Source: Spirogloea muscicola
Taxonomy: Eukaryota
Direction of reading: 5' to 3'
Assembly (NCBI GenBank): GCA_009602725.1
Contig: WELB01000005.1
Coordinates: 955,323 to 1,008,899, forward strand
DNA length: 53,577 nt
Numbering within the stretch: the stretch's first letter is position 1; every line of letters begins with the position of its first letter. The position numbers and the translations under genes were made by a program. The notes below the pieces were generated by a model, which was not told the DNA's origin, did no database searches, and saw only the letters and a list, made by a program, of their open reading frames with translations. Positions 1-12,757 of this stretch are shown piece by piece.

Positions 1-440
1 GGGCGGCGTCGATGGCGCCGACTGCGGAAGGCTGGGCGGTTCGAGAGGCGGGATGGCAGAACCCCTGGCCGCCGCCGGCGGCGACGCCGGCGGCGGCCCG
101 GAGTTTTGGAGGGGTGGCGGCGGCGGCGGCGGCGGCGCCCGCGACGTAGCGCGAGGTGGGGGAAAGCATGCGGGGCTCGCCGCCGGGCCGCCGCCAGGCT
201 CCTGACGGTGGCTGAGCCAGCCGGGCTGGCCTCCGCCGGGGTGTTGATGCCGCAGGCCCCGCTCCAGCGCCGGGCCGGGCTGGTCGTGGGGCGGGCGGGG
301 GCCCTCACGTGGGGCGGTGCCTCGGGCCGCTGAGGCGACGGCGATTGGGAGCTGCGAACCATGTGCCCACGTCGGCGTGGAAACGAGGAGAGCTCCCCCC
401 CTACCGCGTTTCTGCTTCCCCGGCTCCCCCTGCCCCAGAA

Positions 441-729
441 GCAAGCGCGGCCAGATTAACTGGTGGCTGGGAGAGGCCAGCCCAAAGGAATGGACAAGGT
501 GTGAAGGAGCCGGAGTGCTAAGAATGGGAGAAGGGCTCGCCCATCATGGACCTTGTCCATTCTTTCCCCCCTTCTGCCATAGCCTCTTCAGGCCCCCATT
601 GGGAGAGCCACTTCTTCTTCAGGCCCCGCAGTCGCTGCTTAGCTCGTACTTTGGCCCCTTCGAACCTTGTCAATTCTTTTCGGGCTGGCTTCTCACAGCC
701 CTTGCCCCCATTGGGAGAGCCACTTCTTC
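441..729. repeat. Dispersed modular repeat family copy (runs into the N-gap)
   Basis: 441-522 matches 11816-11897 at 78 of 82 positions by my count; 619-729 matches 23296-23402 and ~47690-47785. Confidence 0.9.
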
Positions 730-1256
730 NNNNNNNNNNNNNNNNNNNNNNNNNNNNNNNNNNNNNNNNNNNNNNNNNNNNNNNNNNNNNNNNNNNNNNN
801 NNNNNNNNNNNNNNNNNNNNNNNNNNNNNNNNNNNNNNNNNNNNNNNNNNNNNNNNNNNNNNNNNNNNNNNNNNNNNNNNNNNNNNNNNNNNNNNNNNNN
901 NNNNNNNNNNNNNNNNNNNNNNNNNNNNNNNNNNNNNNNNNNNNNNNNNNNNNNNNNNNNNNNNNNNNNNNNNNNNNNNNNNNNNNNNNNNNNNNNNNNN
1001 NNNNNNNNNNNNNNNNNNNNNNNNNNNNNNNNNNNNNNNNNNNNNNNNNNNNNNNNNNNNNNNNNNNNNNNNNNNNNNNNNNNNNNNNNNNNNNNNNNNN
1101 NNNNNNNNNNNNNNNNNNNNNNNNNNNNNNNNNNNNNNNNNNNNNNNNNNNNNNNNNNNNNNNNNNNNNNNNNNNNNNNNNNNNNNNNNNNNNNNNNNNN
1201 NNNNNNNNNNNNNNNNNNNNNNNNNNNNNNNNNNNNNNNNNNNNNNNNNNNNNNNN

Positions 1257-4200
1257 CCGCCGCGCGCCGCGCCGCGCCGGCGCGCCGCCGCTGCCGCTCG
1301 CCCTTCCAGTCCCGCTGCTCCTCCTGGCCGCGGCGCTCGCCTGGCCAGCTGCCGGCCAGGTCCCCAGCTGTGAGTGCCTCCGCACGCTGCATTGCCCGCC
1401 TGCAACTCGGCTCCCTGTTAAGGCCAGCGGCGCTCGCCTGCTTCGTGCCTGCTGATGAGGCCCGTACCCTCCATGTAAAGCTACGTGACGAACTAGAGGT
1501 AAAGCCACTGCGATAGCGCGTAGTGTAGTGCAGCCTCCGACTGCAGCGCCCGGCCCTTCGCCAAGCCCTTCTCCCCAGCACAGTCCTTTCATGGTCAGAC
1601 TGTGACGGTCTTGAGCTCGGCAGCACGGCCCCCTCTCTCGCGGACGCCTTGGTGCCAGCAGGAGGCAATGCAGTCTAAGATCTCCGGGGCTCAGCCCGAT
1701 AAGTGCGCATGTAAAGCATGCTTCCGCTTCGTGCTAGCCCGTCACCGCTCTCGTCGCTCTCAAACAGCAGCATCGTAATGAGACAGGCCTGGGCCGGTTG
1801 GGAGCAACCGAGATTTGTCCTGGCAGGGCTTGTCGGCGGCACTGCTGAGCCACGAGATAGTCCGCCGTCAATTCGGTACTGTGACCGGAATCACATGTTC
1901 CAGGCTTGACCTCTGTCACCTGCTACTGTGCATCACATTGCAGTTCCACTGCTGATCGACTGCGGGAGCAATGTCACCACGACAGACGCCGACAATGTCA
2001 CGTGGCAGCCCGACCAGTATTACAATGGAGGCAAACCATACAGGATAGCACAGGTCCGTCTGATTGAGTGTGTGCAACTTTCATGGAGCTGCAGTCAAGC
2101 TCAAAGACTGTGTTCACCTTGCGGGCACATCAGTGTAGACCAAGTCTGTATTGCTCCGAAACATGCAATGGAGGATTCCAGCCGCATATTGTACGCCTAA
2201 TCCAGGGCTGTCCTCTGGCAGGCTTGCATTGTGCGGCAATGAGCACAGGTCTCTGTTGGTAGTAACAGCTAACGTTCATGAGTTTCGATGCCAGTCTAAT
2301 GCAGCTGGATTAGCAGTGCCCGATCAAACGGTCCGAGCTTGGGTGGGAGGCGACAGCTGCTATGCCATCCCTGTGACTCCTGGACTCTACCTTTTCCGCA
2401 TCAGGTCGGTCATCTTTTTTGGAGCATCACATGGGAGGAGTCGAAGGTATTAGAGCAGTGTGCATCAGTTGTCTTGCAATTGGAGCAACAACAAGCTCTC
2501 ATGTGGTCATTTGCTGTTCCATTGTCAGTCAGGAATGCTTGTATCTTGGTTTAGAATGCCTACGATGCATACACATGCAAGTTGGCACTATTCGATCATC
2601 ACCATTGCAATTCTGCACTAGCAACAGCAATGATTAGCTTATTTCGGCTTGCCTGCACATTACCCACATTACTGCAATGCATACTTGAGTGAACTTCTTC
2701 CTGACTCCTGAGAACCACTGGTTGACAGCCTCGCCTACAACGACTATGATGGCCAGGCGCAAGCAAACAGCCAGACAAACAGTGGTCGGTACCTTATAGT
2801 TTCCATCAATGGCATTCTAGTTGATCGCCTCCTCATAGACAACACTGTGAGCACAGGGCCTCCTTATTTTGGAGAGTACACAACCAATATATTTCAAGAC
2901 ATAGCACGACTGTGTATTCAACCACTTTCTGGAAATGCCTTTCTCAACAGCCTACAGGTGTTCAAGCAGGTGCATTCCCCTCTACGCGCTCAGGTGCACT
3001 CTGTCAGGGATTGCCCAAAATCGGTGCTAGTGAGCAGAAATATGGTGCCCAGCACGTACGAGCGTACTATTCAAGGTGGCAAGATGACAACCTCTGGCAC
3101 CTTTGATTAAGCTCGGCGCATGTACATCAGAAAAGAGTTGATTTGTTGCAATTACCTTCTGAGCAGGAAACTGGTGCCTACAATCTCACAATATCAGATG
3201 TCAATAGTCCCAACGTTACACTGGAAGAAGACTTTGCGATTAATTGTGGAGGGCCAGACATACCGGCAGCCAGTGATCCGTTACGACGGGAATATTGGGA
3301 GGCAGATGCGGGTGCTGGAACATTGAACACAACCCAAAATATTACCTTTCTTCCAATACTGGAGCTATATCAATTGCCTGTGCTTCTGTTCCAGGTAAAG
3401 GTTTCATGGATCATACTTGACTTCACATATTATACATATTTCTAATACATGTGTCAGACATACAATCTGAATGATGAGCTCTTCATGCTCAACTTCGCCT
3501 TGGCCAACTTTCCCCGGTATTGCTCTCCTCTTGAGCAATGGCTGTAATCCTCTCCTTCGCAGACAGCACAACAGCTTGGAGCAAATTACAGCGGCTTCGA
3601 TGCTTACGCAACAAATGTCAGTGTTATCAGCAGTGACTATCTGGACAAAGATGGCATACCTGAGGGAAGATTCACAATCGCTCTTTACTTCGCTGAGATT
3701 GACAGTAAAGTCAACATTGGAGAGCGGATTTTCGACATTCTGGTCAATGACAAATTGTATGTCCCAAGATGGGATACGGTGCAGAATACCGGAGGAGCAT
3801 ATATGGCAACATCCTATCTCATACAAGATGTACCAAGTGCTGATGTATGTCTCGCACCAGTCAGTCCCATTTTGACTTGCATGTCCTATACAAGGCCCTG
3901 CAGTGCATGGCAAGCTGTTACTTGATTATCTGCCTGCCAGGATCAGGCTCGAGCAACAAACCTGCATCAACATTTGAGCAGAATTATGCCTCTGTTATTA
4001 TAGTTAGGGATTGCAAGAGGGCCTCAGCACTTCATCAAGTACCACTCAGTGGCTTACCGACTCACGCTGGTAGAGCATGACGGGGCTCTTTGATGCAGGT
4101 TGGAGATCCCCAGGGTTATAGGGGCTTCGATATTGCCTTTCTGTCGACAAATGACAGCATATATCCCCCATCCATCAACGGATTTGAGATCTTTGAGGCA

Positions 4201-7200
4201 ATACCGCATGTCACCAATCTTCCAATATGTGAGTCCTCAAATAGATGGAAAAACGTATGAGGGACGTAACAGAAGCAGGTGTACAGACACAGTTGTTGAC
4301 GTCCTAGAGATGTAAGGGACATGAAGCAGTTGAGTGTTGAGTATTCTCAGCACGACACCCTGTGGAGCTCCTGTGAAGGTCCAGAGGCAGTCCTCATTCT
4401 TGTACTCCCCTCCTTGTACCTGCTAGGATCTGCCATATGTCCAATTGGTCTTGTGGCACCTAGACATTGCCTCAGTGGATAAAAGGATGACAAGGCTCAG
4501 CTGCCAGCTGGTGGATTGTCAATGATAGGGCTCCTTACTAAAAAGACAGTGCATGTATCTCGACCGACTATGATGCAACTAAGCACGGCTCGTCTTTTTG
4601 ATTGACAGCAACAGCAAATACAACCCGTATCGACTGTGGGGGAAGCTTCGACTTCTATGACATCTATAACAACTACTGGTACTCTGACAGATACTTCTCG
4701 TCAGGGGACGCTGCTAGTGTTGCCTCACCCCAAGATCTGTCGGAGATATTCCCCAACACAGTTCGATCATTCCCTGAAGGTACATATGTTGCTGTAAAGC
4801 CAACATTGACAGCATTGAGTTACAATAGCAGTCAATTGGTGGCGGTGGGCCACTAGGTTGCTGACAGCTCTGAGAAGTTTCACGTGTTGGAGAAGGCTGC
4901 AAGAAAGGTTGGCAAATGAGGAAGCTCGCAGGCTTCCTGCTCAAGGATAACTGAGGGATGCCAGGAAATGCTTGCCCACCTTGCTGCATGGCAGTCATGG
5001 GCAGGCATTGCCGCTGATAGTATCTGGTCTGACCAGGCGCAAGTTGACAGGTGCCACCAATTGTTATGAAGTCCCACCACCCCTGCCCGGGAGGTACCTT
5101 ATCCGCTTGACCTTCGCGTACGGAAACTTTGACGGCTTGAATAATCCGCCCAACTCGACAATTACATACCGAGCTACCAGCGTCGTCTCTGCTGTTGGCA
5201 CAGCTGCTGAAGGCCTGACAATTGTGGATTTTTATGCGAATGTGGAGGGGACTGCAGAGATCTGCTTGGTGTCAATAAAAGGCAATGGCTCCCCTTTTCT
5301 GACATCCCTAGAATTACTACAGGTGAACTGTCCATCAGCTACATCTCTTTGTTAACCCATGTACATTCACACCTTCCACATCTATTGCCAGCTGAGGATC
5401 TCATTCAGTTGTGCAGTACAGTCACTATTTGTGGTGCCACAGTTGCATGTGAGGCAGGTCTTGGCATCAACAGTTCATTGCGTCATGTATGGAGTGCGAA
5501 GTGCAAAGTCAATCTGCTTGGCATACTCACTGTGCTGCTTGAGGCAGGTCAACTCCTCTGCCTATCGAGGTCAAGACCTTCCCGATGCCGTGCTGGCAAC
5601 AGTGATCCGTGTCAACTGCGGGAACGACACCTTTGGCGATTGGGTCATAAACTACGTTGAGCCTGGTTACAGACAGTGGTTTGCCGATGCAACGGTCTCT
5701 TTTGAGCCTCCCAGTGCTCCTAAGCTCCTCACTGACAACACCAACTTCACAAATTGGTGGCAGCCTCCGGAAGTCTGGCCACTTCACCACTACAGATCGG
5801 CTCGTCTCTCCGCTAACACAACGAGCAGTTTGATGTACAGTTTCACCGTTTCTGCAAATGCCACTTATCAGATATACCTCCACTTTGCCGAGATTGAGGT
5901 CATAATGCCTCCCCTTCCTTCCAGACACAATCTGCAGAAAGTATGCTTAAATTCGGACTGACTCTGTGCTCTGGAGAAATCAGACCAGTCTGTCACTTGC
6001 GAATATTTGCCGACAATGATATAAGCATGGGAATACTGCATTCTGCAGACAAATGTCACAATTGGAGGTCGAGTGTTCAATGTCCTCATCAATGGTGTGA
6101 AGCAATACTCAAAGATGGACATTTTATCTGCTGCGGGAGGTCCCTTTGTTGCCCATGCTGTCACCTTCAACATCTCGCTTAGTAGCAACGAGACAGCTCT
6201 TGTATTGGAGTTTCAGCCGATAGCTGGGCAAGCTATGGTTAGCGGCATTGAGATATACCAGATTCGGCCTCTCGCTTCAGAGACTGCTGCCAGTGAAAGT
6301 AAGTATGCAAACATCACCTGGTGTTGAGGTGTCCTATTGTTCTTGTGTCCAATTTGTTTCAATTGTACTGTGCACTTTATGTTATAGCCTGGGATTTCTC
6401 AGCTCAGACTAGACATTTGTTTTGCCAGTTTGAATCATCCTTAGCAAGGCCATGCACCTACAGGCAGTGCCACTTGTGAAGTCCAACTGTCTGCTCACAA
6501 GGCCGCGTGCATGTGTCCAAGAGCAGAGGCAGCAATGCAAGCCATTGCAACTGCATTGGAGGCACCAAGTGTGCTGGGTTGGCAAGGGGATCCCTGCCTT
6601 CTGGATGGCATAAGTCGCGAGTGGCCAGGATTGAGTTGTGGGCAGGCAAATTCTTCCGCCACCATTGTTTACATGTGAGCAGTGGAGCCTCGGCAGATTT
6701 GAGCTGTACAGCTGTACTTGACATAAGCAGCAAGTAGCGCATGCTTGAAGCCGTCAATTGTAGAGCAGAGCACCAATACTTTGCAAGGCAGCAAACTTTG
6801 AGGCAGCAATCTGCGAAGTCTGAGAAGTTCCTGTTCAAGAATGTTTGCAGGAATACGACCGGCTTGCAAGACAACAACAATGCAAGCATACAATTGCACG
6901 GCGATTTGTCCACAGCGTTTGGCAGCCTGAGCAACCTTCAGGACCTGTAAGTAGTCATAGCAGCAATGCATGGCAGTAATATAAGGAAAGAATAGCCAGT
7001 GGGATTGCCGTAGTCCTGGTTTTAACCCCTGACATTTTTGGGAATGTTCAGCTTCTGGTTGTCATTGACATGCACTGTAATTGCTTGATTTGGCGCATCT
7101 GGCGCAGGGATCTACATGGTAATGATTTGCAGGGGTCTATTCCTTCAGAGCTTGTTGGCCTGCCTATCCTTCGATATGTGTAAGTTCTTGAAGTGGGTCC

Positions 7201-8446
7201 CGTCACGCCTCCGAGAGTCTTAGATCAGTGCGTGGATCTCATGCAGTCTTGCAGGCTGATCCTGGTCACCCTGCCTGACTGCTCACATTCCACGTGGATT
7301 GACCGAGCAGAGACCTTTCCAACAATAATTTGACTGGGACAATCCCTGCTGGATTTGGCAGTGCATCACATCTTCAATATCTGTGAGTTGCTGCTCCTGC
7401 CATGAGCCTTCTGGTACTCTGATTGAGAGCTCCTCAAGGAAGGCAGTGCTACTTGGGCCCCTGCGTAATGTTCAATTCATGTTTGCCATGCTTTTGCATG
7501 CTCGGACTGTAAGAGTACTATTCGTTATCCCTTATTTCGTATGCAGATCACTAGCTAGCAACGAGCTGTCAGGGCAGGTCCCTTCTGACTTGGCTTCCCC
7601 ACCATCGGGGCTCATTCTCAAGTATGTGAAGCACAAATTGTGCAATGAGTGTGAATTGAGTCAGATGCGCTGGAGTGCTTAGCCTGATGTGGAAGTGACT
7701 GAATAAGGTGCAGGGGATGATTAAGAAGATGCATCCGGTACATTTACCGTCTTCTTATTCCTCTCTGATCACAGCCTGTCCGATAACCCGGGGCTGTGCG
7801 GTGGAGTCGGGCTGACCAACTGCCAAGGCAGCCCCCCCGCTCTTCCAGTCGCGCCCTCGGGTCCAAGTGCACCACCCCCCCCTCCCCCACAGAAGAAGAA
7901 GAAATCAAGTGATGTCGGGGCAATTCTAGGAGGCGTTTTGGGAGGCCTGGGGGCGTTGCTACTGCTGCTGCTGCTGGTGCTCCTTTGCTGCTGCTGTCGG
8001 CGACGTGGGTCACAGGCGCCGCAGGGCCAGCTCACGAAGAAATTATCAGGTACATTCTAGGCGCCTGATAGAGGCTGCAATTGCAGTTTTGACTTGAAAT
8101 CCTCTGTGGCTAATGAGCAGCGGCATAGCACGTGGTTTTGCATACTTGCTTATGCCTGCTTCAAGTCTTCATGCCTGGCATGATGTCAATCTGACCACTG
8201 TAGAACGCCTTGCACGTTGTGTACTCGGCAGCTTGCTGTTGTGGCCATCCCAAATTGCTCACCTTATCTGTGAGTTACAACACAGGGGTGTCACTTGTCT
8301 CGCTCTCTATGACACCTTCTCATCCTATTCCCGCAGCGCGACTGGGCTCAACTAAGTATCAGAGGAACCAAGAGCTAGGCCAGGAGCCGGGGCCAACTGG
8401 TGACTACCATGTTGAGCTCGCAGGAACACCTGCAACTGCAGTGTGA
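1257..8446 (+). CDS. Receptor-like protein: signal peptide, two tandem malectin-like domains, LRRNT, about 4 LRRs, Pro-rich stalk, TM helix and short cytosolic tail, no kinase (RLP4-like). Multi-exon; ATG lies in the N-gap.
   Basis: Spliced GT-AG exons give: signal PLPLALPVPLLLLAAALAWPAAGQ (1257-1369); PLLIDCGS..WQPDQYY (from ~1944); CYAIPVTPGLYLFR; FAINCGG (~3235); ALYFAEID..GERIFDILVN (~3680); a second module TRIDCGG..WYSDRYFSSG (~4620), NCYEVPPPLPGRYLIRLTFAYGNFDG, RVNCG, YLHFAEIE, GRVFNVLING, SGIEIY; LRRNT WQGDPC..WPGLSC (~6580); LRR exons of about 72 nt (DLHGNDLQGSIP, DLSNNNLTGTIP, SLASNELSGQVP); LSDNPGLCG cap; TM GAILGGVLGGLGALLLLLLLVLLCCCC-RRR; last exon ends TPATAV* at 8446. Confidence 0.9.
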
Positions 8447-9012
8447 AGCCATTGCATATGGAGCCTTCAGATTCTTGCCTCCAACTTGTTGATGTACATG
8501 TACTCAGCTATTGGCTGCTTCTTTTTAGCAACACGAGATAAAGGCTGCTCAATCCAAGCAGTCATGTAGTCTGCACCGTCAAGGCCTTTGACAAGCGCTT
8601 AGACTTGCAGAATTCCTCTTTGTAGCTACTTTTGTCTGATAATTTAGCGACCCTCCACTTTCGGCGGATTGTTCCTGAGGGCATCCCCATCTGCTCCCAC
8701 AGTAGTGACCAAGAGCCTCTTGCTGCAAACTGCACTGCTGCAAAAAATTGAAAGTTGTGATGGCCAACAGACTTAGGAGAAGATTGTGTCTATACTGGAC
8801 ATTCCCATCTTCCCCAGCTCAGTGCCCTGGTTGCCACAAGGTGCCTTTGTATGGTTGGAAATAATGTTTATTACAAAACCGTCGAGTGAGCATTCCAGGT
8901 GCTTTTTCAGAACATAATCAACAAGTCATGGACGAGGATGACAAGGATAAAGCGTCTCCTGCAATGGTTTGTGAGCTTTTGGCGGGTGAGGCAGCATAGA
9001 GCCATGAGCAGT

Positions 9013-10130
9013 CTAAGCCTGTGTGAGCCGCTTCATGAGCTGATCAAAGGTGGTGAACATGATCATGCCGGATGGCCCCACCCACAGCATGCGCGACGTC
9101 ATGCCCGTTGTGAAGCCCCGCAAGCCCTCCTGCTGCCAAATGGAGCGTGCACAGTGCCAGGCGCCCGTGTACTGGGTGCCGCCACCGCCGCTGGTGTTGC
9201 TTTTGCCCTGAACCTGCAGTCGTGTCTTCACCACGTCCTGCACACGTGCCGCTCGCCCATGTCAGTGGCAGAGGCACTTGTTCTGCAGGATGCGACCTAC
9301 TCACACTCTTCTGTCCTTCATGTTTTGGCCTACGCCTAGCAATGGATTCATAGCCACAAAGAGGGTAACTCTACACAGGCACAATGGGTCAAGCCAAATT
9401 CACATTTGTTTCTTGAGTATCCCCATTGCTGATTGACAGAGCTGCAAGTGACAGACAACAATGGCAAGCCTCCCCGCTACCTTCTAGCAGGCTGGACTCG
9501 GGCAGGCAAATCACCATGGGGTTGGTAATGCCGGCAGCAAATGCGGCGCTGCTGAGGGAGCTTAGCAGCTCCCACTGTATTTTGAGGTCCTTCTTGGACT
9601 TCACACCTGTGTAGCGCACCGCAGCTTGCTTGGTGGCCTCCCACAGAGGCAGGTAGATGGCGTTGTACGGTCCCCAGACCATCTGCGCCAGCATGAATCC
9701 GCGGTAGAGTGCGCCGACACCCTCATGCTGCAATATACACCTTGCCGCGTGCATGGACCCCTGCACTCAAGCACGCCATGCTCGGTGCAAGCAGTCACTC
9801 TCAGAACGTGACTGGAGGGCACGGGCACCACAGCGATCCGAGAGAACCTCGGACGAATGCGAACGACACATTATGAAGCTATGCTCTGGCGTGAAGAGGC
9901 AGGGGAGGTTGATCACTAAGTACCCCATCGGCTGCAATAGCATGCAGCGCAAGCTGGGAGGCTGACGAGTCCAAACGTATTGAAGGGTGGGCTTACTGTG
10001 TACGCTCCCTCGCCACTTTGCTGGACCATCTGACGGGACCGAATGACCTCCAGCGGCACCATAACTGATGACTGCACGAATGTGGCAAACACGCCCCCGC
10101 TGAAGTGCACCAGCGGGTTCTCAGTCCCAC
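9013..10130 (-). CDS. Mitochondrial carrier family (SLC25) protein, 5'-incomplete (only carrier repeats 2 and 3 visible)
   Basis: Signature Px[DE]xx[KR]xR occurs twice (VPLEVIRSRQMVQ; NPM|DVVKTRLQVQ), with ILQHEGVGALYRG and IWQQEGLRGFTTG. Exons approximately 9997-10130, 9515-9760 and 9013-9237; stop at 9013. Confidence 0.88.
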
Positions 10131-10184
10131 CTGTGCTCGGTGCGAGAAGGGAGGTTAGGGAAAGGGGACGGGTTGCGAGATTGA

Positions 10185-10390
10185 GCGAGAGAGAGCACAA
10201 GAGAGAGAGAGAGAGAGGGGAGAGAGGGGGAGAGAGCGAGAGGGAGAGAGGGGGAGAGGGAGAGGGAGAGAGGGAGAGAGGCGGGCGAGAGGAGACAGAC
10301 AAGAGCGACGCGAGAGAGGGAGATCGCGAGAGAGAGAGAGGGACGCAAGAGCGCGGGAGAGAAGGCGAGAGAGGAGGGGAGGGAGAGCCG
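10185..10390. repeat. Imperfect (GA)n/purine-rich low-complexity tract
   Basis: About 200 bp of gagagagagg-type sequence, seen directly. Confidence 0.9.
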
Positions 10391-10897
10391 CATGTGTGTG
10401 CGAGCCGGGAGAGGGGACGGCTGGCCGCAGGCCAAGGACGGCGAGGACGCGGGTCTCTGGCAACAGCAAGCGGGGCGAGGCGTGCACAGGCGGCGCCGGT
10501 GGCGGCGGCAGCGGCAGCGGCAGCGAGTAGAGGTAGAGCCGAGGGCGACCGGCAGCCTGCAAGGAGGAAGGAGGAGAGCCCACCTGGAGGCGAGCACCGT
10601 GAGACTGCGCTGCAGTCAGCTGCGCAGAGAGGAGGCGGTTCTCGGAGGTGCTCACTTCAGAGCAGGAGGAGTAGAGCGGACGCAAAGGCAGGTGGTGCTA
10701 GCAACGCCACCGACGGCTGCTCGAGAGGCGGCCGCTTGGGTTCTCAAACGACGGCCAGCTGAAGGTTTTGGGGTTTGAACCCTTGCAGCGCAGACGCGGC
10801 GGTAGCTCAGGCCGCAGCTTTTGACTTGGAGGGCGGGCCAAACTTCGGAGAAATTTTGGAGGACGCGGGTGTCAGTGGCAGCGTCTGCTGCACCAAG

Positions 10898-11509
10898 ATG
10901 CAATCCATCATCAAGCCGCTGCTGGGCGGCGGCGGCGGCGGCGGCGATGGCCGCGACCACCCGACTGTGATCGCGGTCGCTCCACAAAGGCCAGGTCCAC
11001 AGCGTCCACTTCCTCGCCTTCCACCAGATCTCCCTCCGATTTTTCCCACACTGGTCCCTCCCTCTTGTCACTGGGCCTAGTACCTTACCAATGCAGATGC
11101 CATAACACCGTATCTAATGCGAGGTTTACTATAGAGGCGCTTCAAAGGGCTGACCAGAAAGATAATTGGTGGCCACCTCCTTAACCGCGTGCTGCAGACC
11201 TCGACTGCAGCAGCGGCTGCGGGCTGGCCGACGGCAAGGGCATCAGCGGCGATGCGGCGGAGCGCGACGACGTGCGGCGCAAGCTCACCATGGCGATCGC
11301 CCTCTGCCTCGTCTTCATGGTCGTCGAGATCGTGGGAGGTGCCGCGACTCCGCCACCCCCTCTCCCTCTCAGTCTTCTCTCTCTCCTCCTACCGAGCCTG
11401 GCCCTCAATCCTCCTCATGCCCTCCTCCTCCCTCCTGAATTCCCTTGGGCGGTGGCGCGCAGGCCTTCTGTCCAACAGCCTGTCCATCCTCACCGACGCA
11501 GCGCACCTC
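10898..11509 (+). CDS. MTP1: Metal tolerance protein (CDF/ZnT family, MTP1-like Zn transporter), N-terminal part only, cut at the single N at 11510
   Basis: Exons 10898-10994, 11197-11338 and 11463-11509 give MQSIIKPLL..DLDCSSGCGLADGKGISGDAAERDDVRRKLTMAIALCLVFMVVEIVGGLLSNSLSILTDAAHL. This matches plant MTP1 TM1 and the start of the CDF signature SLAILTDAAHL. Confidence 0.88.
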
Positions 11510-11566
11510 NCGCTGCCGCCGCCGCCGCCGCCGTTGCCGCCGGCGGGATACGGGAGCGGAGGCGGT

Positions 11567-11753
11567 GACACGTGGCAACGGCCCGACTGCGGCCCAGCGC
11601 AGGGGCCTGCCTCGAGGGCGCCGGCGGGAAGAGGGGGACACGTGGCGGGCGATTGGGGGCCGGTCCTTGCCAGGCGGGGTTCCCGCCAAGTCGGCGAGCC
11701 ACCTGGCGCGGACCGGGACGGCCATTGGTCGCCGGGACCATGTGGTTCACGTG
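11567..11753. promoter_or_regulatory. G-box/ABRE cluster
   Basis: GACACGTGGC at 11567-11576 and 11637-11646, CACGTG at 11748-11753, and a near-palindrome GCCACCTGGC at 11698-11707. Confidence 0.5.
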
Positions 11754-11815
11754 GGTGACAACTCGGGCCCGCCGCTCTGTGGAAACCCAACAGCCAAACA
11801 CCGCGAGAGAGAATT

Positions 11816-12170
11816 GCAAGCGCGGCTAGATTGACTGGTGGCTGGGAGAGGCCAGCCCAAAGGAATGGACAAGGTCTCAAGGAGCCGGAGTGCTAAGGAC
11901 TGAGACAGCAGCAAGCGGACTCTCAGTAACCTCTAGTCAGTAGATGCAAGTCTGATCAGCTAGCAGGCGGAAAGACGTCGCCCTGACGGAAGCCGGAGGC
12001 CGCCGCCAAAGCGCGGCCTGCGCGCAAGTGGACCGCGAAGGCAAGGGACCGCTGCAAAGAGATGGCCAAGAGAGAGACTCTTCCAGTAGAGGGCGATGGC
12101 TGTGAGTGGCCAGCCCAGAATGAAGAGTGAATCAAAACTCGAAGGGGCCATGAAAGAGCTAGAGCGCACA
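11816..12170. repeat. Dispersed modular repeat family copy
   Basis: 11816-11897 matches 441-522; ~11956-12060 is the reverse complement of ~23140-23240 and ~47520-47612; 12080-12120 is the reverse complement of 24268-24305. Confidence 0.88.
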
Positions 12171-12757
12171 GCCACGAGCACGACTCGCCCAGCACAGCTT
12201 CAGCTCGGGACCCCACACCTCCTCATGGCTCCCCCCCCTCTTCGACCGCCCAACCTGCCAGCCGGGCGCCTGCAATTCTCGCATGGAGCCGAGGGCGCTC
12301 TGCTCCAGGCATGCATTTCCGGTCCCCTTGCTCCGTGCCCTGGTGCAGCTGCCCTTCCCTCCCCTCCTTCAGCTGTATTTATGATAAATACCGGTAGAGA
12401 CATGCATGCAGCATAAGATGGCCTCTCTGTTGTCGAATGCTCGTCGCACGAAACATGGTTCACTATCCTTGCCTGATCACTCAATCAATCTGAAAGTTTC
12501 AGGCTGCAGTTCTGCTGCCTCATGCGCCTGCCATGAGAGATACATTTTGGCAAGGAGGACCCCAAGAGCCTGACAATGTGGAGTCAATTGGCATCGTATG
12601 ACGACGCCATTTGAGATGCCTCAGCATCCCGCCTGTATGGCTTCCTTTTCAGAGACAATAAAAGCTGCTCAGACAACCACCGCCATAGCCTTGGAGACCC
12701 GTCAAACGGAGTAAAGACAAGCTAACCCTACGCTAAAGTGCCAAGAAGGCAGCCACC

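Noticed and set aside
1..330. Possible gene start in the GC-rich left end
   Set aside because: No recognisable protein motif on either strand, so no CDS can be supported.
592..729. Repeat-spacer-repeat appearance (CCCCCATTGGGAGAGCCACTTCTTC twice; similar at 47750-47820) suggesting CRISPR
   Set aside because: Only two or three units with irregular spacing, the spacers are themselves repeated elsewhere, there are no cas genes, and the context is eukaryotic.
317..1668. Long ORFs spanning the N-gap (also 32207-33346)
   Set aside because: Their length comes from translated Ns.
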